Positions 1 to 9,739 of a stretch of DNA of 64,000 bases are shown piece after piece; the stretch's first letter is position 1; each line of letters begins with the position of its first letter. The DNA lies in the NCBI GenBank assembly GCA_963819815.1, contig CAWFXL010000001.1, positions 320,001 through 384,000 on the forward strand, in the 5' to 3' direction. The stretch is from an uncultured bacterium. GTDB lineage: Bacteria > Babelota > Babeliae > Babelales > Babelaceae. The notes beneath the pieces are model-generated. The model saw only the letters and a program-made list of their open reading frames with translations. It had not been told where the DNA came from and searched no databases. The position numbers were made by a program, and so were the translations under genes.

Positions 1-747
1 GTCTACAGTCTCTATGGCAACCAAACGGTTGTGGACGCAGTTCCCGGATTCCTCTCAATTGCCTATAGCCCTGATAGCACTTGTGTACTCGCAGGTACAG
101 CCGATGGTCGAGCTCTCGAATTACATCCCAATACCGGCAAACTAGTGCGCGAGATTACCCATGACGACTTTAGACAAGTTTGGGTGGTAGGTTTTAGTCC
201 TGACAGTAAGCAACTACTTTCAGGAGGCGGTGATGGCATCGTTAAGCTTTGGGACCGAGAAACGGGTGAAGAAGGTATTAATCTAGTTCATCGGAATCGT
301 GTAACAGGACGAGCCGATGTAACATCAGCCTGTTATAGTCCCGATGGTAGCTATATTCTTACCGGATCAGTCAATAAAAAGGCAACGTTATGGAATGCAA
401 AAACGGGCGCCGAGATGCAAGCTTTTTCAATCGATGCGGTATTATATGATGTTGCATTTAGTAACGATGGAACAAAGATACTTGGAGGGTCGAGCGGTAC
501 AACCGCAACTCTCTGGGATCTCTTTATGGCGCAAGCAAATATCGACCAAGCTGAGTTACTTAAAGCATTTAGCGTAGCGTCATTTAATGAAGACTCTGAC
601 TCAGTTGGACGTATACATGCTAACCATGCGCAAGGGCGGACTTTTAACTCGTTTCCTACCTATTTGAAAGATAGATTACAGCGACGTATTAAGGCGCCCG
701 ATAAACGCTACCAAAAAGGCGTCCTCATCGATCAGCTTGAAGACTAA
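1..747 (+). CDS. WD40-repeat protein (5' part lies outside the window)
   Basis: Frame is open from base 1. Repeated WD40 motifs (FSPDSKQLLSGGGDGIVKLWD, YSPDGSYILTGSVNKKATLWN, FSNDGTKILGGSSGTTATLWD). Confidence 0.9.
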   Translation, partial: VYSLYGNQTVVDAVPGFLSIAYSPDSTCVLAGTADGRALELHPNTGKLVREITHDDFRQVWVVGFSPDSKQLLSGGGDGIVKLWDRETGEEGINLVHRNRVTGRADVTSACYSPDGSYILTGSVNKKATLWNAKTGAEMQAFSIDAVLYDVAFSNDGTKILGGSSGTTATLWDLFMAQANIDQAELLKAFSVASFNEDSDSVGRIHANHAQGRTFNSFPTYLKDRLQRRIKAPDKRYQKGVLIDQLED

Positions 748-782
748 TTTCCTTATTGGAGCATAGAGCTCAGATAGAGGGC

Positions 783-2064
783 CTAAAAGCTTTTTAAGCT
801 CGTTACATGTGAGAGAGCAAAGGTAAGTCTGGTCCCCAATATGCGCTGTATACCGGGCCCAAAGGTGAAATGTCGGTACGGATTAAAAAATTCATCTAGC
901 TCTGAACGGCCATCTAATAGCACATCTGCTGCATATGATCCTAGTGCCGCTGCCCAAGGAAGTCCCGCTGCCGCAGCAACATAATACCGAGATGCATCAT
1001 GAGTATCGCGTCCTGCAAGTGGCATAATATCTTTGCTTACTCCAATAAGACCTGGCCACATATACCTAAATTGAGGCTTCACTTGGGGAAATTTTGCCGC
1101 CCAGTAGGAGGTAAGCTTAGCATACATAGTGGTGTTATCATGATGAGCCTTAGATGCATACGTCTGTGTAAGTGTAGCGCCCCCCAGTAACATTCTATTA
1201 TCTCTGGTAATGCGATAATATTGGTAAAGAAGATCAGTGTCCCAGATCATATAGGGTTTCTGTGGAAAGATTGATGCTCTTTCTCGATCGGTGAGCTGAT
1301 CTGAGGCCATAAGAAACGTTTGTACATGGTAGATCTCTGTACTCAAAGCTCCAAGATCAGGCGTAAAACGATCCATGCACAACACGACATACTGTGCTTT
1401 AACCTGAGCATACGGAGTAATCACCAGCTGTTTCTTAAGCTCAAGAGCAGGCGTTTCTTCATAGATCATTACCGACTGGTCGGTGAGTGTCTTTTTGAGT
1501 GCTTGCAGATACTGGTAGCCATTGATCCCAAAGGTATCGCCATAGCTTATTCCACCGTGATAGTGTTCTGAATTAAGAACTCCAGAAAGATCGGGATAGA
1601 GGACGGTGTCATACCCTAAGTGCATGCGGGCAGTATATTCAGGCACGAGGATTTTTTCATAATCTTGCTTTGTCGAAGCAACAACCAACGTATCCTGGAC
1701 TGCATAATTGCATGCTATCTCGTAGTTTTCTATAGTATGCTTGATATGGGTAACTCCAGAAATTACAAACTCCCATAAGAGTCGTGCTTCTCACAGGGCC
1801 ATATCGTTCAACGAATGAGCCTAGGGAGAATTCAGAATCTGGAGTAATGAACCCAGAGCTTTTACCACTTGCTCCAGCTCCACAAAAGCTTTTTTCAAGT
1901 ACGATGACTGAGCAGCCCTTTTTTGCAAATGCTTGTGCAGCAGTAAGTCCGGCCATCCCACCACCAATAATTACAACGTCAGCAGATACATCAGATCGTA
2001 ACTGCTTAATGTGATGAGGAGGTAAATACCACAATACCTCATCTAAGGGTGAGTATAATCCCAT
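783..2064 (-). pseudogene. FAD-dependent oxidoreductase (DAO/PuuB-like family), split by a +1 frameshift near 1790
   Basis: N-terminal ORF has the Rossmann motif DVVIIGGGMAGLTAA and GASGKSSG. Removing one base near 1790 (ggc cct gtg [a] gaa gca cga ctc tta tgg) gives ...YGPVEARLLWEFVISGVTHIK..., in frame with ORF 783..1688 (WPGLIGVSKDIMPLAG). May be a sequencing error. Confidence 0.8.
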
Positions 2065-2305
2065 AGAGAACCTCTTAATCGATAGGAATCATCTTAATGA
2101 GCATATACGAAGCGCACGAGTAGGTGCAAGGATTTTGTGTGAGGCAATCTGGTGCTTACTATAAAAATAATGAAAAGTGTATAGATGCTTTAATTCATGT
2201 CCAAGCACAACCCTTATTCAATTCTCCAAGAGAGTATTGTGTTGCTGGCAAAAAAAAGCTATCATGTGTCCAAACTATCAAAAAATGACAGTTAAGGCAC
2301 ATGGC

Positions 2306-3109
2306 ATGTTTTCCGATTATCTTAAAAAAGTTCGTGCAAATGGGAGAGTGTATTTCACTCTCGAGCAAGCTTTTACGGATCTAAATGTAACTAAGGCTAG
2401 TCTATATGCTGCCGTTTCACGCTATAAAAAACGTGGAGAGCTTATCAGTCCCGCAAAGGGATTATACGTGATTATTCCGCCGGAATACAAAAGCTTAGGT
2501 TGCTTGCCAGCTGAGGAATTAGTTCCTATACTTATGGCGTACCTTAAAGTCACCTATTATGCAGGGCTCTTAACCGCCGCTTCCTACTATGGTGCATCTC
2601 ATCAGAAACCTGGAGCCTTTCAAGTTGTCTTAAGTAAGCGATTTAAGGATAATTTACATTTTGGGATGGTTCGTATAGATTTTATTTATAAAAAGATCCT
2701 TTCAAACCTACCCATCAAGAAAATTACTGTTACAACAGGATATCTATCTATCTCCTCACCGGAGGTAACCGCAATGGACCTATTTCTTTACCCGCACGAA
2801 AGTGGCGGTATCAATCATTCTGCTACCGTATTATCTGAGCTCGTTGAAGCACTTGACCCAAATGAACTTATTGTACTCGCAAAAAACTCGCGACAATATG
2901 CATGGGTGCAACGCTTGGGCTATGTGCTTGAGCATATTGATTCTCTCGTACCTGAGCATCAAAAAGTTATTATCGATACGTTAGCTCGATATATAGCATC
3001 AAAAGATTTTAAGTATATTCGTCTGGAATCAGGTTTACCAACAAAGGGATGCGCGCGATCTAAGAGGTGGAAAATTATTGAAAACACCACTGTAGAAAGT
3101 GACTTATGA
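2306..3109 (+). CDS. Type IV toxin-antitoxin AbiEi-family antitoxin
   Basis: GLYVIIPPEY, YYAGLLTAASYYGASHQ and SSPEVTAMDL motifs. ATGA overlap with the downstream nucleotidyltransferase. Start chosen at ATG 2306 (ORF is open from 2177). Confidence 0.85.
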   Translation: MFSDYLKKVRANGRVYFTLEQAFTDLNVTKASLYAAVSRYKKRGELISPAKGLYVIIPPEYKSLGCLPAEELVPILMAYLKVTYYAGLLTAASYYGASHQKPGAFQVVLSKRFKDNLHFGMVRIDFIYKKILSNLPIKKITVTTGYLSISSPEVTAMDLFLYPHESGGINHSATVLSELVEALDPNELIVLAKNSRQYAWVQRLGYVLEHIDSLVPEHQKVIIDTLARYIASKDFKYIRLESGLPTKGCARSKRWKIIENTTVESDL

Positions 3110-3894
3110 TTTCACAAAATTTTATTGAGTCATGGAAAGCGTATGCTCCATGGCAAGAATTAGCTATGGTCGAGCAGGACCTTATTATTAAAAGAGCTCT
3201 TATCGAAATGTACCAAACTACGATAGTTAATAAGGCCTTAGTATTTCGAGGTGGTACAGCTCTTAATACGCTATACCTATCTCCTGCACTTAGATATAGT
3301 GAAGACCTTGATTTCGTGCAACTCAGAGCCGAACCGATTGGGGATACTTTGAATGCTATTCGAGATAAGTTGGATACTTGGCTTGGAGAACCACTTTGGA
3401 AAAAGACTCCCCAGAGTGTTAAGCTTATCTATCGCTACACGTCGATCAACAATAAACCGATGCGACTTAAAATCGAGATAAATACACGCGAGCACTTCCA
3501 AGTGCAAGATCTTCATTACAAGATATTTTCAATGAATAACGAATGGTACAGTGGGTTTGCGACCATAACAACGTATTCATTGGAAGAGCTCATGGCCACA
3601 AAAATACGCGCGCTATTTCAACGAAGGAAAGCAAGGGATCTCTTTGATGTGCATCAAATTTTTAGTGAGGGTCAGGCTGATTTAGAGCTTAGTCTTGCCA
3701 TATTTCATAGATACTGCGCACATGAAGGTACCCAAATTAGCGGAAAAATATTTGAGCAAAATATGAAACAAAAGCGTGCCCATAAAGACTTTCAAACGGA
3801 CATGATAAAGCTGTTACCAGCAACAGCGAGTAACTGGGACTTTGAGGAAGCTTTTGAATTTGTACAAAAAAGTATTATTTCAAAAATTCCTTAA
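3106..3894 (+). CDS. AbiEii/AbiGii-family nucleotidyltransferase toxin
   Basis: VEQDL, LVFRGGTAL, RYSEDLDF, KIEIN and ATKIRALFQRRKARDLFD motifs. Confidence 0.92.
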   Translation: MISQNFIESWKAYAPWQELAMVEQDLIIKRALIEMYQTTIVNKALVFRGGTALNTLYLSPALRYSEDLDFVQLRAEPIGDTLNAIRDKLDTWLGEPLWKKTPQSVKLIYRYTSINNKPMRLKIEINTREHFQVQDLHYKIFSMNNEWYSGFATITTYSLEELMATKIRALFQRRKARDLFDVHQIFSEGQADLELSLAIFHRYCAHEGTQISGKIFEQNMKQKRAHKDFQTDMIKLLPATASNWDFEEAFEFVQKSIISKIP

Positions 3895-4008
3895 CTAATA
3901 CGACAATCTGAGAAGGTTTAGAATAAGGATCATAGTTACTGCCTAAGCTCATATGACCCCGATATTCTAACCTGCTTTCTCTATCTTAAGCGCCTATGAA
4001 ACAAACTT

Positions 4009-5007
4009 TCACTTCCAGAAAGCCTTATATATCATAGCTCCCTCAGCATTGTTGACATCCATAACAGATAGTTGCTTAATGCCCAATCCCTTCATAAATC
4101 CAAGAACCAGCAGGGCATTAGAAACTTCAATACAAGCATAATCACCACCACCTAATTCATCATCCTTCTTACCAATAAGTGAGTCAACGACTGACTCAAG
4201 CTCCTGGGTGGTGAATGAATCTTTTTTATTCATAAGAACAAAAAGACCTTTTCCAAGCACGCTGCCAACACCTACGAGGCTAGTGCCTGATTGGTACAAT
4301 TTATTTTTAAGAATAGGGTGAACCTTTGTGGAAAGCTTAGAAGCATGTTCTACCGCCGCATGAGCATGGACAGAAGATAGTGGATTAGGACTTTTACAAT
4401 CTTTTAGATCCTTCCTTTGGATGGATGAAATGATATGATCTCTAAATGGTCCCGATCCCTCATTACTTGCGTCGATTATATAGAACCCATCCTGAGTCGT
4501 TCCCACAAGTTGTGTACTTCCACCACCAATGTCCCACATAATAAGATGATTAGCGTCTACCTCTGCTTTTGCCAAAACTGAATGAAATGCTAACTTACCT
4601 TCAAGATCTTGATCTAAGATATGTACTGGCAAACCGGTTTCTTTCAGGATCTTGGAGGCAAACTCATTACCATTAATCGCATTACGAAATACCGATGTTC
4701 CGATGAGGACAATTCCTTCAGCTCCGTGGGATTTTGCTAAATCAATAGCATTCTTGATTGCCACGAGGCCTTTTAGCATGATTTCAGGGCTCAGCGTTCT
4801 GCTCTGGGCTATACTTTCGTAGAATATGACAGGGTACTGCTCACTGTGTACTAGCTTGACCTTGCTTATAGTCAAATCCACTTCCGCAACTCGAAGCTTC
4901 GGCCCTCCGGATCCTATATCGATAGCAGCACGAATTACCTGCGCTTCTTGCGCCTGTGAGAGAGAAAAGCAACTAATACACAGTAAGATTTTGATGAATA
5001 CATTCAT
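4009..5007 (-). CDS. Ppx/GppA (ASKHA) family phosphatase with predicted signal peptide
   Basis: AAIDIGSG, GTSVFRNAING, ILDQDLEG and DIGGGSTQ motifs. GGAG RBS before ATG 5007. N-terminus MNVFIKILLCISCFSLSQA. Confidence 0.85.
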   Translation of the reverse strand: MNVFIKILLCISCFSLSQAQEAQVIRAAIDIGSGGPKLRVAEVDLTISKVKLVHSEQYPVIFYESIAQSRTLSPEIMLKGLVAIKNAIDLAKSHGAEGIVLIGTSVFRNAINGNEFASKILKETGLPVHILDQDLEGKLAFHSVLAKAEVDANHLIMWDIGGGSTQLVGTTQDGFYIIDASNEGSGPFRDHIISSIQRKDLKDCKSPNPLSSVHAHAAVEHASKLSTKVHPILKNKLYQSGTSLVGVGSVLGKGLFVLMNKKDSFTTQELESVVDSLIGKKDDELGGGDYACIEVSNALLVLGFMKGLGIKQLSVMDVNNAEGAMIYKAFWK

Positions 5008-5079
5008 GGTTTCTCCAAGCTCGGAAGATTTTTTTTGCTCTAAGTGTACTTGATACAAGGCTGAGCTCAAGTATTTTTC

Positions 5080-5240
5080 GGCAAAAAAGCGATTTTTTTC
5101 CGCCCTTATCTCTGGATTTTGATGTGGCGAAATCTATTTTTAACCAGGGCATAATTTTAATTTGTTTGACTGGGAAGGCTAAACGCAGGCAAAAGATTCC
5201 GCCTCCATCTCCTCACTTTGATGCGGCGAAATCTTTCTAA
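5080..5240. repeat. Two imperfect direct copies of a ~50-60 bp hairpin-forming element
   Basis: ggcaaaa..gatt..tccgcc..atc..tttgatg(t/c)ggcgaaatct occurs at ~5080-5140 and ~5188-5240. Each copy has GATT(T)CCGCC/GGCGAAATC arms. Confidence 0.6.
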
Positions 5241-5389
5241 ATCGCAATCTTAAGTAGTCTACTTTGGTCCGCATGAATTGTTTTAAACCATCTAGAAATC
5301 AATCAACTTGTGCAAGCTAACTTGCATTTACCCAACTCTTTGGTACTCTTTCATGCACATCTTAACAACCTCTAAAAAAGGAGACTCTT

Positions 5390-6058
5390 ATGTTAGAAGC
5401 CTATCAACAACACATGCGAAAATATGTTACCGAAGCGTTGGGAACTTTTTTTCTTGTATTCACTATCGGTTGCTGCACAATGTTTGGAGCCTCTACCGGC
5501 ATTGCGGCTGCAGTTATCCTAGCTGCTTTTGTCTATGCTGGGGCACCCCTATCAGGTGGTCACTATAATCCAGCGGTATCTCTTGGTGTATGGATGCGAG
5601 GACAACTGAACACTCTATCGGTACTTCCCTATATGCTTGCTCAATCACTAGGCGCAGTTATAGCGGCAGTTCTTGTTCGCTTTCTGATCGCCCAAAATGA
5701 AATCATTCTTGAGCTTCTGCAAAGAAAGCTTCAATTTCCAAGCCCATTTTTGTCACATCATATGCTCTTGGTCGAATTTCTCTTTACCTTTGCATTGGTG
5801 TTTGTCGTCCTTCAAGTAGCAACAAGTCCAGCAAGCCGTGGTAACTCCTACTTTGGAGTAGCGATCGGGTTTACGCTCCTTGCAGGAATTCTTGCAGTAG
5901 GAGCTGTATCAGGAGCAGCACTCAATCCTGCTGTTGCCTTGAGTTTGCCAATTATGGGACTTACTGCATGGTCGAATTTATGGGTTTATTTTGTGGCTAA
6001 TTTTGCGGGGGGAGCTGCAGCAGCTTGGATGTACGATTATTTAAATCCCCAAGCATAA
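5390..6058 (+). CDS. Aquaporin / MIP-family channel
   Basis: Two NPA motifs (SGGHYNPAVS, GAALNPAVA), multiple hydrophobic segments, AGGAG RBS. Confidence 0.95.
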   Translation: MLEAYQQHMRKYVTEALGTFFLVFTIGCCTMFGASTGIAAAVILAAFVYAGAPLSGGHYNPAVSLGVWMRGQLNTLSVLPYMLAQSLGAVIAAVLVRFLIAQNEIILELLQRKLQFPSPFLSHHMLLVEFLFTFALVFVVLQVATSPASRGNSYFGVAIGFTLLAGILAVGAVSGAALNPAVALSLPIMGLTAWSNLWVYFVANFAGGAAAAWMYDYLNPQA

Positions 6059-6061
6059 ATT

Positions 6062-6490
6062 TCATTCTTCAAATTTCTTATGGCGGAGCCGTTTAATACT
6101 GCTCCGCTCTTTTTTTTCATGCATGCGGGATTCTTTTACGCTTTTTGAAACAGTCGATTTGAGGCGTTTTTTCGGTTTTTTTAACGCTGCTTTGATACGC
6201 TTTGCTAACTCTTTGAGAGCCTTCTCTTTGTTGATAAACTGACTGCGAGATTCACTTTGGTTTATAAGGATATCACCATGCTCAGTGATCTCACTTTTGA
6301 GGTTAGTCATTACCAGCCTCTTTTGCTCTTCAGTCAGTGCCTGAGTTTCCTTTACATTCCAACGCACCGTGATTCGAGAGCTCACTTTATTTACATTTTG
6401 ACCACCGGGACCACTGGCTCTACTAGCTGTTATTTCAAGCTCATTGCCAGGAATCGTAATGCCATCTTGTACTAGTACATCTTCTTTCAT
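6062..6490 (-). CDS. arfB: Alternative ribosome-rescue peptidyl-tRNA hydrolase ArfB
   Basis: SRASGPGGQNVNKV motif, RSQFINKE, and a long basic C-terminal tail. Confidence 0.92.
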   Translation of the reverse strand: MKEDVLVQDGITIPGNELEITASRASGPGGQNVNKVSSRITVRWNVKETQALTEEQKRLVMTNLKSEITEHGDILINQSESRSQFINKEKALKELAKRIKAALKKPKKRLKSTVSKSVKESRMHEKKERSSIKRLRHKKFEE

Positions 6491-6712
6491 CGTCTTCTTT
6501 CTGCCGCATGGTGTCTTCTGCTAGGATATCCCAAAGACACAAGCAATGACAATAGTTTATGGCTTATGCCTAGCGACTGAGTTACCCAAGGCCGATGATC
6601 TTAAGCTTTCAGGTGATAGTCTACCCTCCGAGTTAGATCCATTGCAATTTCGTTGGTAAGTATGGTAAAGATACATAGACGAATATACACACAAAAAGAA
6701 GTCAGGAAGACG

Positions 6713-7510
6713 ATGAGAGCTGGTGCACATCGGACAGGCATGATCATTCTCTATGCATTGGGATCTCTGCTTCTTGCATGGTTTCTCATAATCTTTTTTT
6801 ATCAGTATATTATCGCGATACAGAAGATTGATAAGATACTCCCCATATTTGCAAACCCACGAATATTGAGTGCCTTATGGATAAGTGTCTCATCCTCCTG
6901 TGTTACCGCACTGCTTTCAATTCTCTTTGGCGTTCCTCTTGCCTATATATTTGCCATAAAAAACATTAGGTACAAGTCTCTTCTTGAGACGTTAATGATT
7001 GACGTACCTCAGACATTCCCACCAGTCGCTGAAGGTATCATCCTCTTTATGATGCTTGGACCAGATTCACCGTTTGGGATTAATATCGCCTATACATACC
7101 TTGCAATTGTGCTCGCAAAAACGTTTGTCTGCACTCCCTTTGTCGTCTCTTTTGCTGCACGAAAATTTAGAGAGACACAAATTTCGGGGGTTGATATTAC
7201 CGCAAAATCCCTCGGTGCATCTGAATCACAGGTTTTTTGGACCATCTTTGTACCGATCGCGTTCAAAGATATTATTGCGGGAACGGCCTTATGCTGGGCC
7301 CGTGGGATGGGTGAACTAGGTGGGAGTCTTATCTTTGCAGGAATTATACCCTTTAAGACTGAAGATATTCCTACCTTCATTGCAGTGAATTCATCAGCAC
7401 TGTTTCCAGCACTTGCGGCTACGATTCTTGCAACGACTGCTTCTCTACTGGCATTATTATCATTTAAAGCTTTTACCAAGGAAAGAACCACATGGAAGGG
7501 CTTTTTCTAA
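6713..7510 (+). CDS. ABC transporter permease, molybdate/tungstate/sulfate (ModB-like) class
   Basis: GVPLAY, PQTFPPVAEG, AKSLGAS (EAA-loop) and WARGMGELG motifs. AGGA RBS before ATG 6713. Confidence 0.85.
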   Translation: MRAGAHRTGMIILYALGSLLLAWFLIIFFYQYIIAIQKIDKILPIFANPRILSALWISVSSSCVTALLSILFGVPLAYIFAIKNIRYKSLLETLMIDVPQTFPPVAEGIILFMMLGPDSPFGINIAYTYLAIVLAKTFVCTPFVVSFAARKFRETQISGVDITAKSLGASESQVFWTIFVPIAFKDIIAGTALCWARGMGELGGSLIFAGIIPFKTEDIPTFIAVNSSALFPALAATILATTASLLALLSFKAFTKERTTWKGFF

Positions 7511-8220
7511 GAAACATAACGGCAGGGTACGGCGATTATGACGTACTTACCAACTTGCAGCTGGAAGTTCCTGCTCGAACGACTCTTGTGTTGTTAGGCG
7601 TGTCAGGGAGCGGAAAAACCACCTTATTAAAAACGATCACGGGTATTATTAAGCCCAAGAAGGGCGACATCATACTTGCTGGAAAGACGATCACACAGCT
7701 TCCCATTGAGCAGCGCAACATAAGTTACCTCCCTCAAAACTACGGACTATTTCCGCACTTGAGCGTGGCAGGCAATATTGCCTATGGTCTGCGAGTGCGA
7801 GGAGTATCAGCAGAAGAGCAGAAAAAGACTGTCGCCGACTTACTTGAGTTCATGGAGCTTTCTGGTTATGAAAAAAGATCAGTAACAGAACTTTCTGGTG
7901 GCCAGCAGCAGCGCGTCGCCTTGGCGCGAGCGCTTGCAGTCAAGCCAAAGCTCATGCTTTTGGACGAGCCGCTTTCAAGCATAGATCAGGCAACGAAATT
8001 TGAGGTGGCAACTCACTTAAAAAATCTTTTTTCAGCGTTAGAGATTCCGATTATCCTCGTAACACACCAATATGAAGATGCTCAATTCTTTGGTGCACAC
8101 GTTGCCGTAATGGTACAGGGTGTGATTGAACAGGCAGGAAGCTATGACGAGCTTCGTGCACATCCTAAAACTCCCTTTATTAAGAAGCTTCTCATACCTT
8201 TCACAGCGGAAATCGAGTAA
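7492..8220 (+). CDS. ABC transporter ATP-binding protein
   Basis: Walker A GVSGSGKTT, signature LSGGQQQR, Walker B LMLLDEP, H-loop VTH. Overlaps the permease. Confidence 0.95.
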   Translation: MEGLFLRNITAGYGDYDVLTNLQLEVPARTTLVLLGVSGSGKTTLLKTITGIIKPKKGDIILAGKTITQLPIEQRNISYLPQNYGLFPHLSVAGNIAYGLRVRGVSAEEQKKTVADLLEFMELSGYEKRSVTELSGGQQQRVALARALAVKPKLMLLDEPLSSIDQATKFEVATHLKNLFSALEIPIILVTHQYEDAQFFGAHVAVMVQGVIEQAGSYDELRAHPKTPFIKKLLIPFTAEIE

Positions 8221-8225
8221 TATCC

Positions 8226-8254
8226 AAAAAAGAAGGCCCCCTTGCGGAGGCCTC
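8226..8254 (-). terminator. Rho-independent terminator
   Basis: Minus strand aggcctcc-gcaa-gggggcct followed by tctttttt, between convergent genes. Confidence 0.75.
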
Positions 8255-8269
8255 TTGTAAACGTTCTTT

Positions 8270-9022
8270 TTAAATAGGGTTTGATTCTAGTTCAACCCAC
8301 TTATTTTGTGCATCTTTATAACGTGCAGCTATTTTAAGCTTGCGCTGATATGCTCTACCTGTAAAGCGCAACTCGACGTCAGGAATGGCCTTGCGAGGAG
8401 CAGTCTGAATTTGTATCGGAACTGCTACTGGTGCGGAACCTTTGGGTGTCATTGCTACACTTATATGCGGCACCATCGAATAGCCGTAAAAGCTCCAACT
8501 ATTTGGATAGAGATCGAAAAATTCTCGGATAATGTCACCATATACTCTATAGAAAGCCTTCTTCCCTACGCGCTCATACATGGCAGCCAAGAACTTAGGC
8601 CCGATGGATGAAAGCTCTTTAAATTTGAACTGTACGCCGGTAAGCCGTGCAAGGTGTTTATTAATGATTGCTTCTAGCGCATCAAGAGCATTTTGTGCAT
8701 ACTGTGCTGAAAATCTGCCATTGGGAAATGGTACCGCCAAAATTATCACCGACAAATGCCAGTCTTTGGGGTCCACTTCAGAGGTATCGTATCCTGCAGC
8801 TCGTATAGCTCTTTGCTCAGCTTTTAGATGATCAGCCAGATTAGTATAACCTGTTGTGTCTTGCAATACTGCTAAAGTAAAGAAGGGCTGCTGTTGAAAT
8901 GCCTGTTGGTTTGCATCTGATTGGACTTGGTTTTGTCTTCCAACAGGAATCGCTGGTGCAGCTCCTTGTAGAGATACCGTGAGAAACGATAGTGCAATCA
9001 CTATCAAGTTACGTAATTTCAT
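8270..9022 (-). CDS. Secreted 2H-phosphoesterase superfamily protein
   Basis: Two Hx(S/T)-hydrophobic motifs (DWHLSV, VPHISV) about 95-100 aa apart. Signal-peptide-like N-terminus MKLRNLIVIALSFLTVSLQGA. Confidence 0.65.
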   Translation of the reverse strand: MKLRNLIVIALSFLTVSLQGAAPAIPVGRQNQVQSDANQQAFQQQPFFTLAVLQDTTGYTNLADHLKAEQRAIRAAGYDTSEVDPKDWHLSVIILAVPFPNGRFSAQYAQNALDALEAIINKHLARLTGVQFKFKELSSIGPKFLAAMYERVGKKAFYRVYGDIIREFFDLYPNSWSFYGYSMVPHISVAMTPKGSAPVAVPIQIQTAPRKAIPDVELRFTGRAYQRKLKIAARYKDAQNKWVELESNPI

Positions 9023-9739
9023 GGTTTATTTCCTTATGTTACGTTGTTATTATTATTCTTACTATACCATAGACCGGCCATTGTGTCAATTTTATCATAT
9101 TATAAATCTATTTTCTTTCATATCTGAAACATTTGCGGCCTTCATATCTCAGTGTACTAGCACTGATGCTCCTCGACAAAAGGGCCTATGAAATCGATAT
9201 AAACTGAAGAATCCCTGCACCACCGCCACATTCTTTTGGTGGTATTCGAGGCTAGGACGTATTTTGGCTATTCTCGGCAAGATAGAGCCCAAGAAGGTGA
9301 AACGAAGCCCACAGAGCCTCTTTTTGCAAGAAAGAGCTTGTTATATTTGAAAAGCAGCGATCAAAGCCGGAGAAGGTAGCTATAGAGCAATAACCTTGAA
9401 GCGGAAAAAAATTATCAATTGACAATTTTGTAAAAAGCGATATACTATAATCTCACATCATTGATGTAGACCTACCCCCTAAAATAGACCGCTATATAGG
9501 GAAAAATCAGACAAAAATAATTCTCGTGGGGTTTTTAACGGGATCGACTCTCTTTCTTCGACTGAGGTGGTACAACAAGTTGTACAGGAATATTTACAGC
9601 GGGCCAAACCGGGCAATACACCTCTAAAATTAAATCACCGAGCAAGGTAGCTTTCCAAGAAAAGTAGGCCATTGCGCTGTACATGCTCAGGTATAAGAAA
9701 AAAATAGTTTTTAACACTATACGATCTCAAGGAACTATT

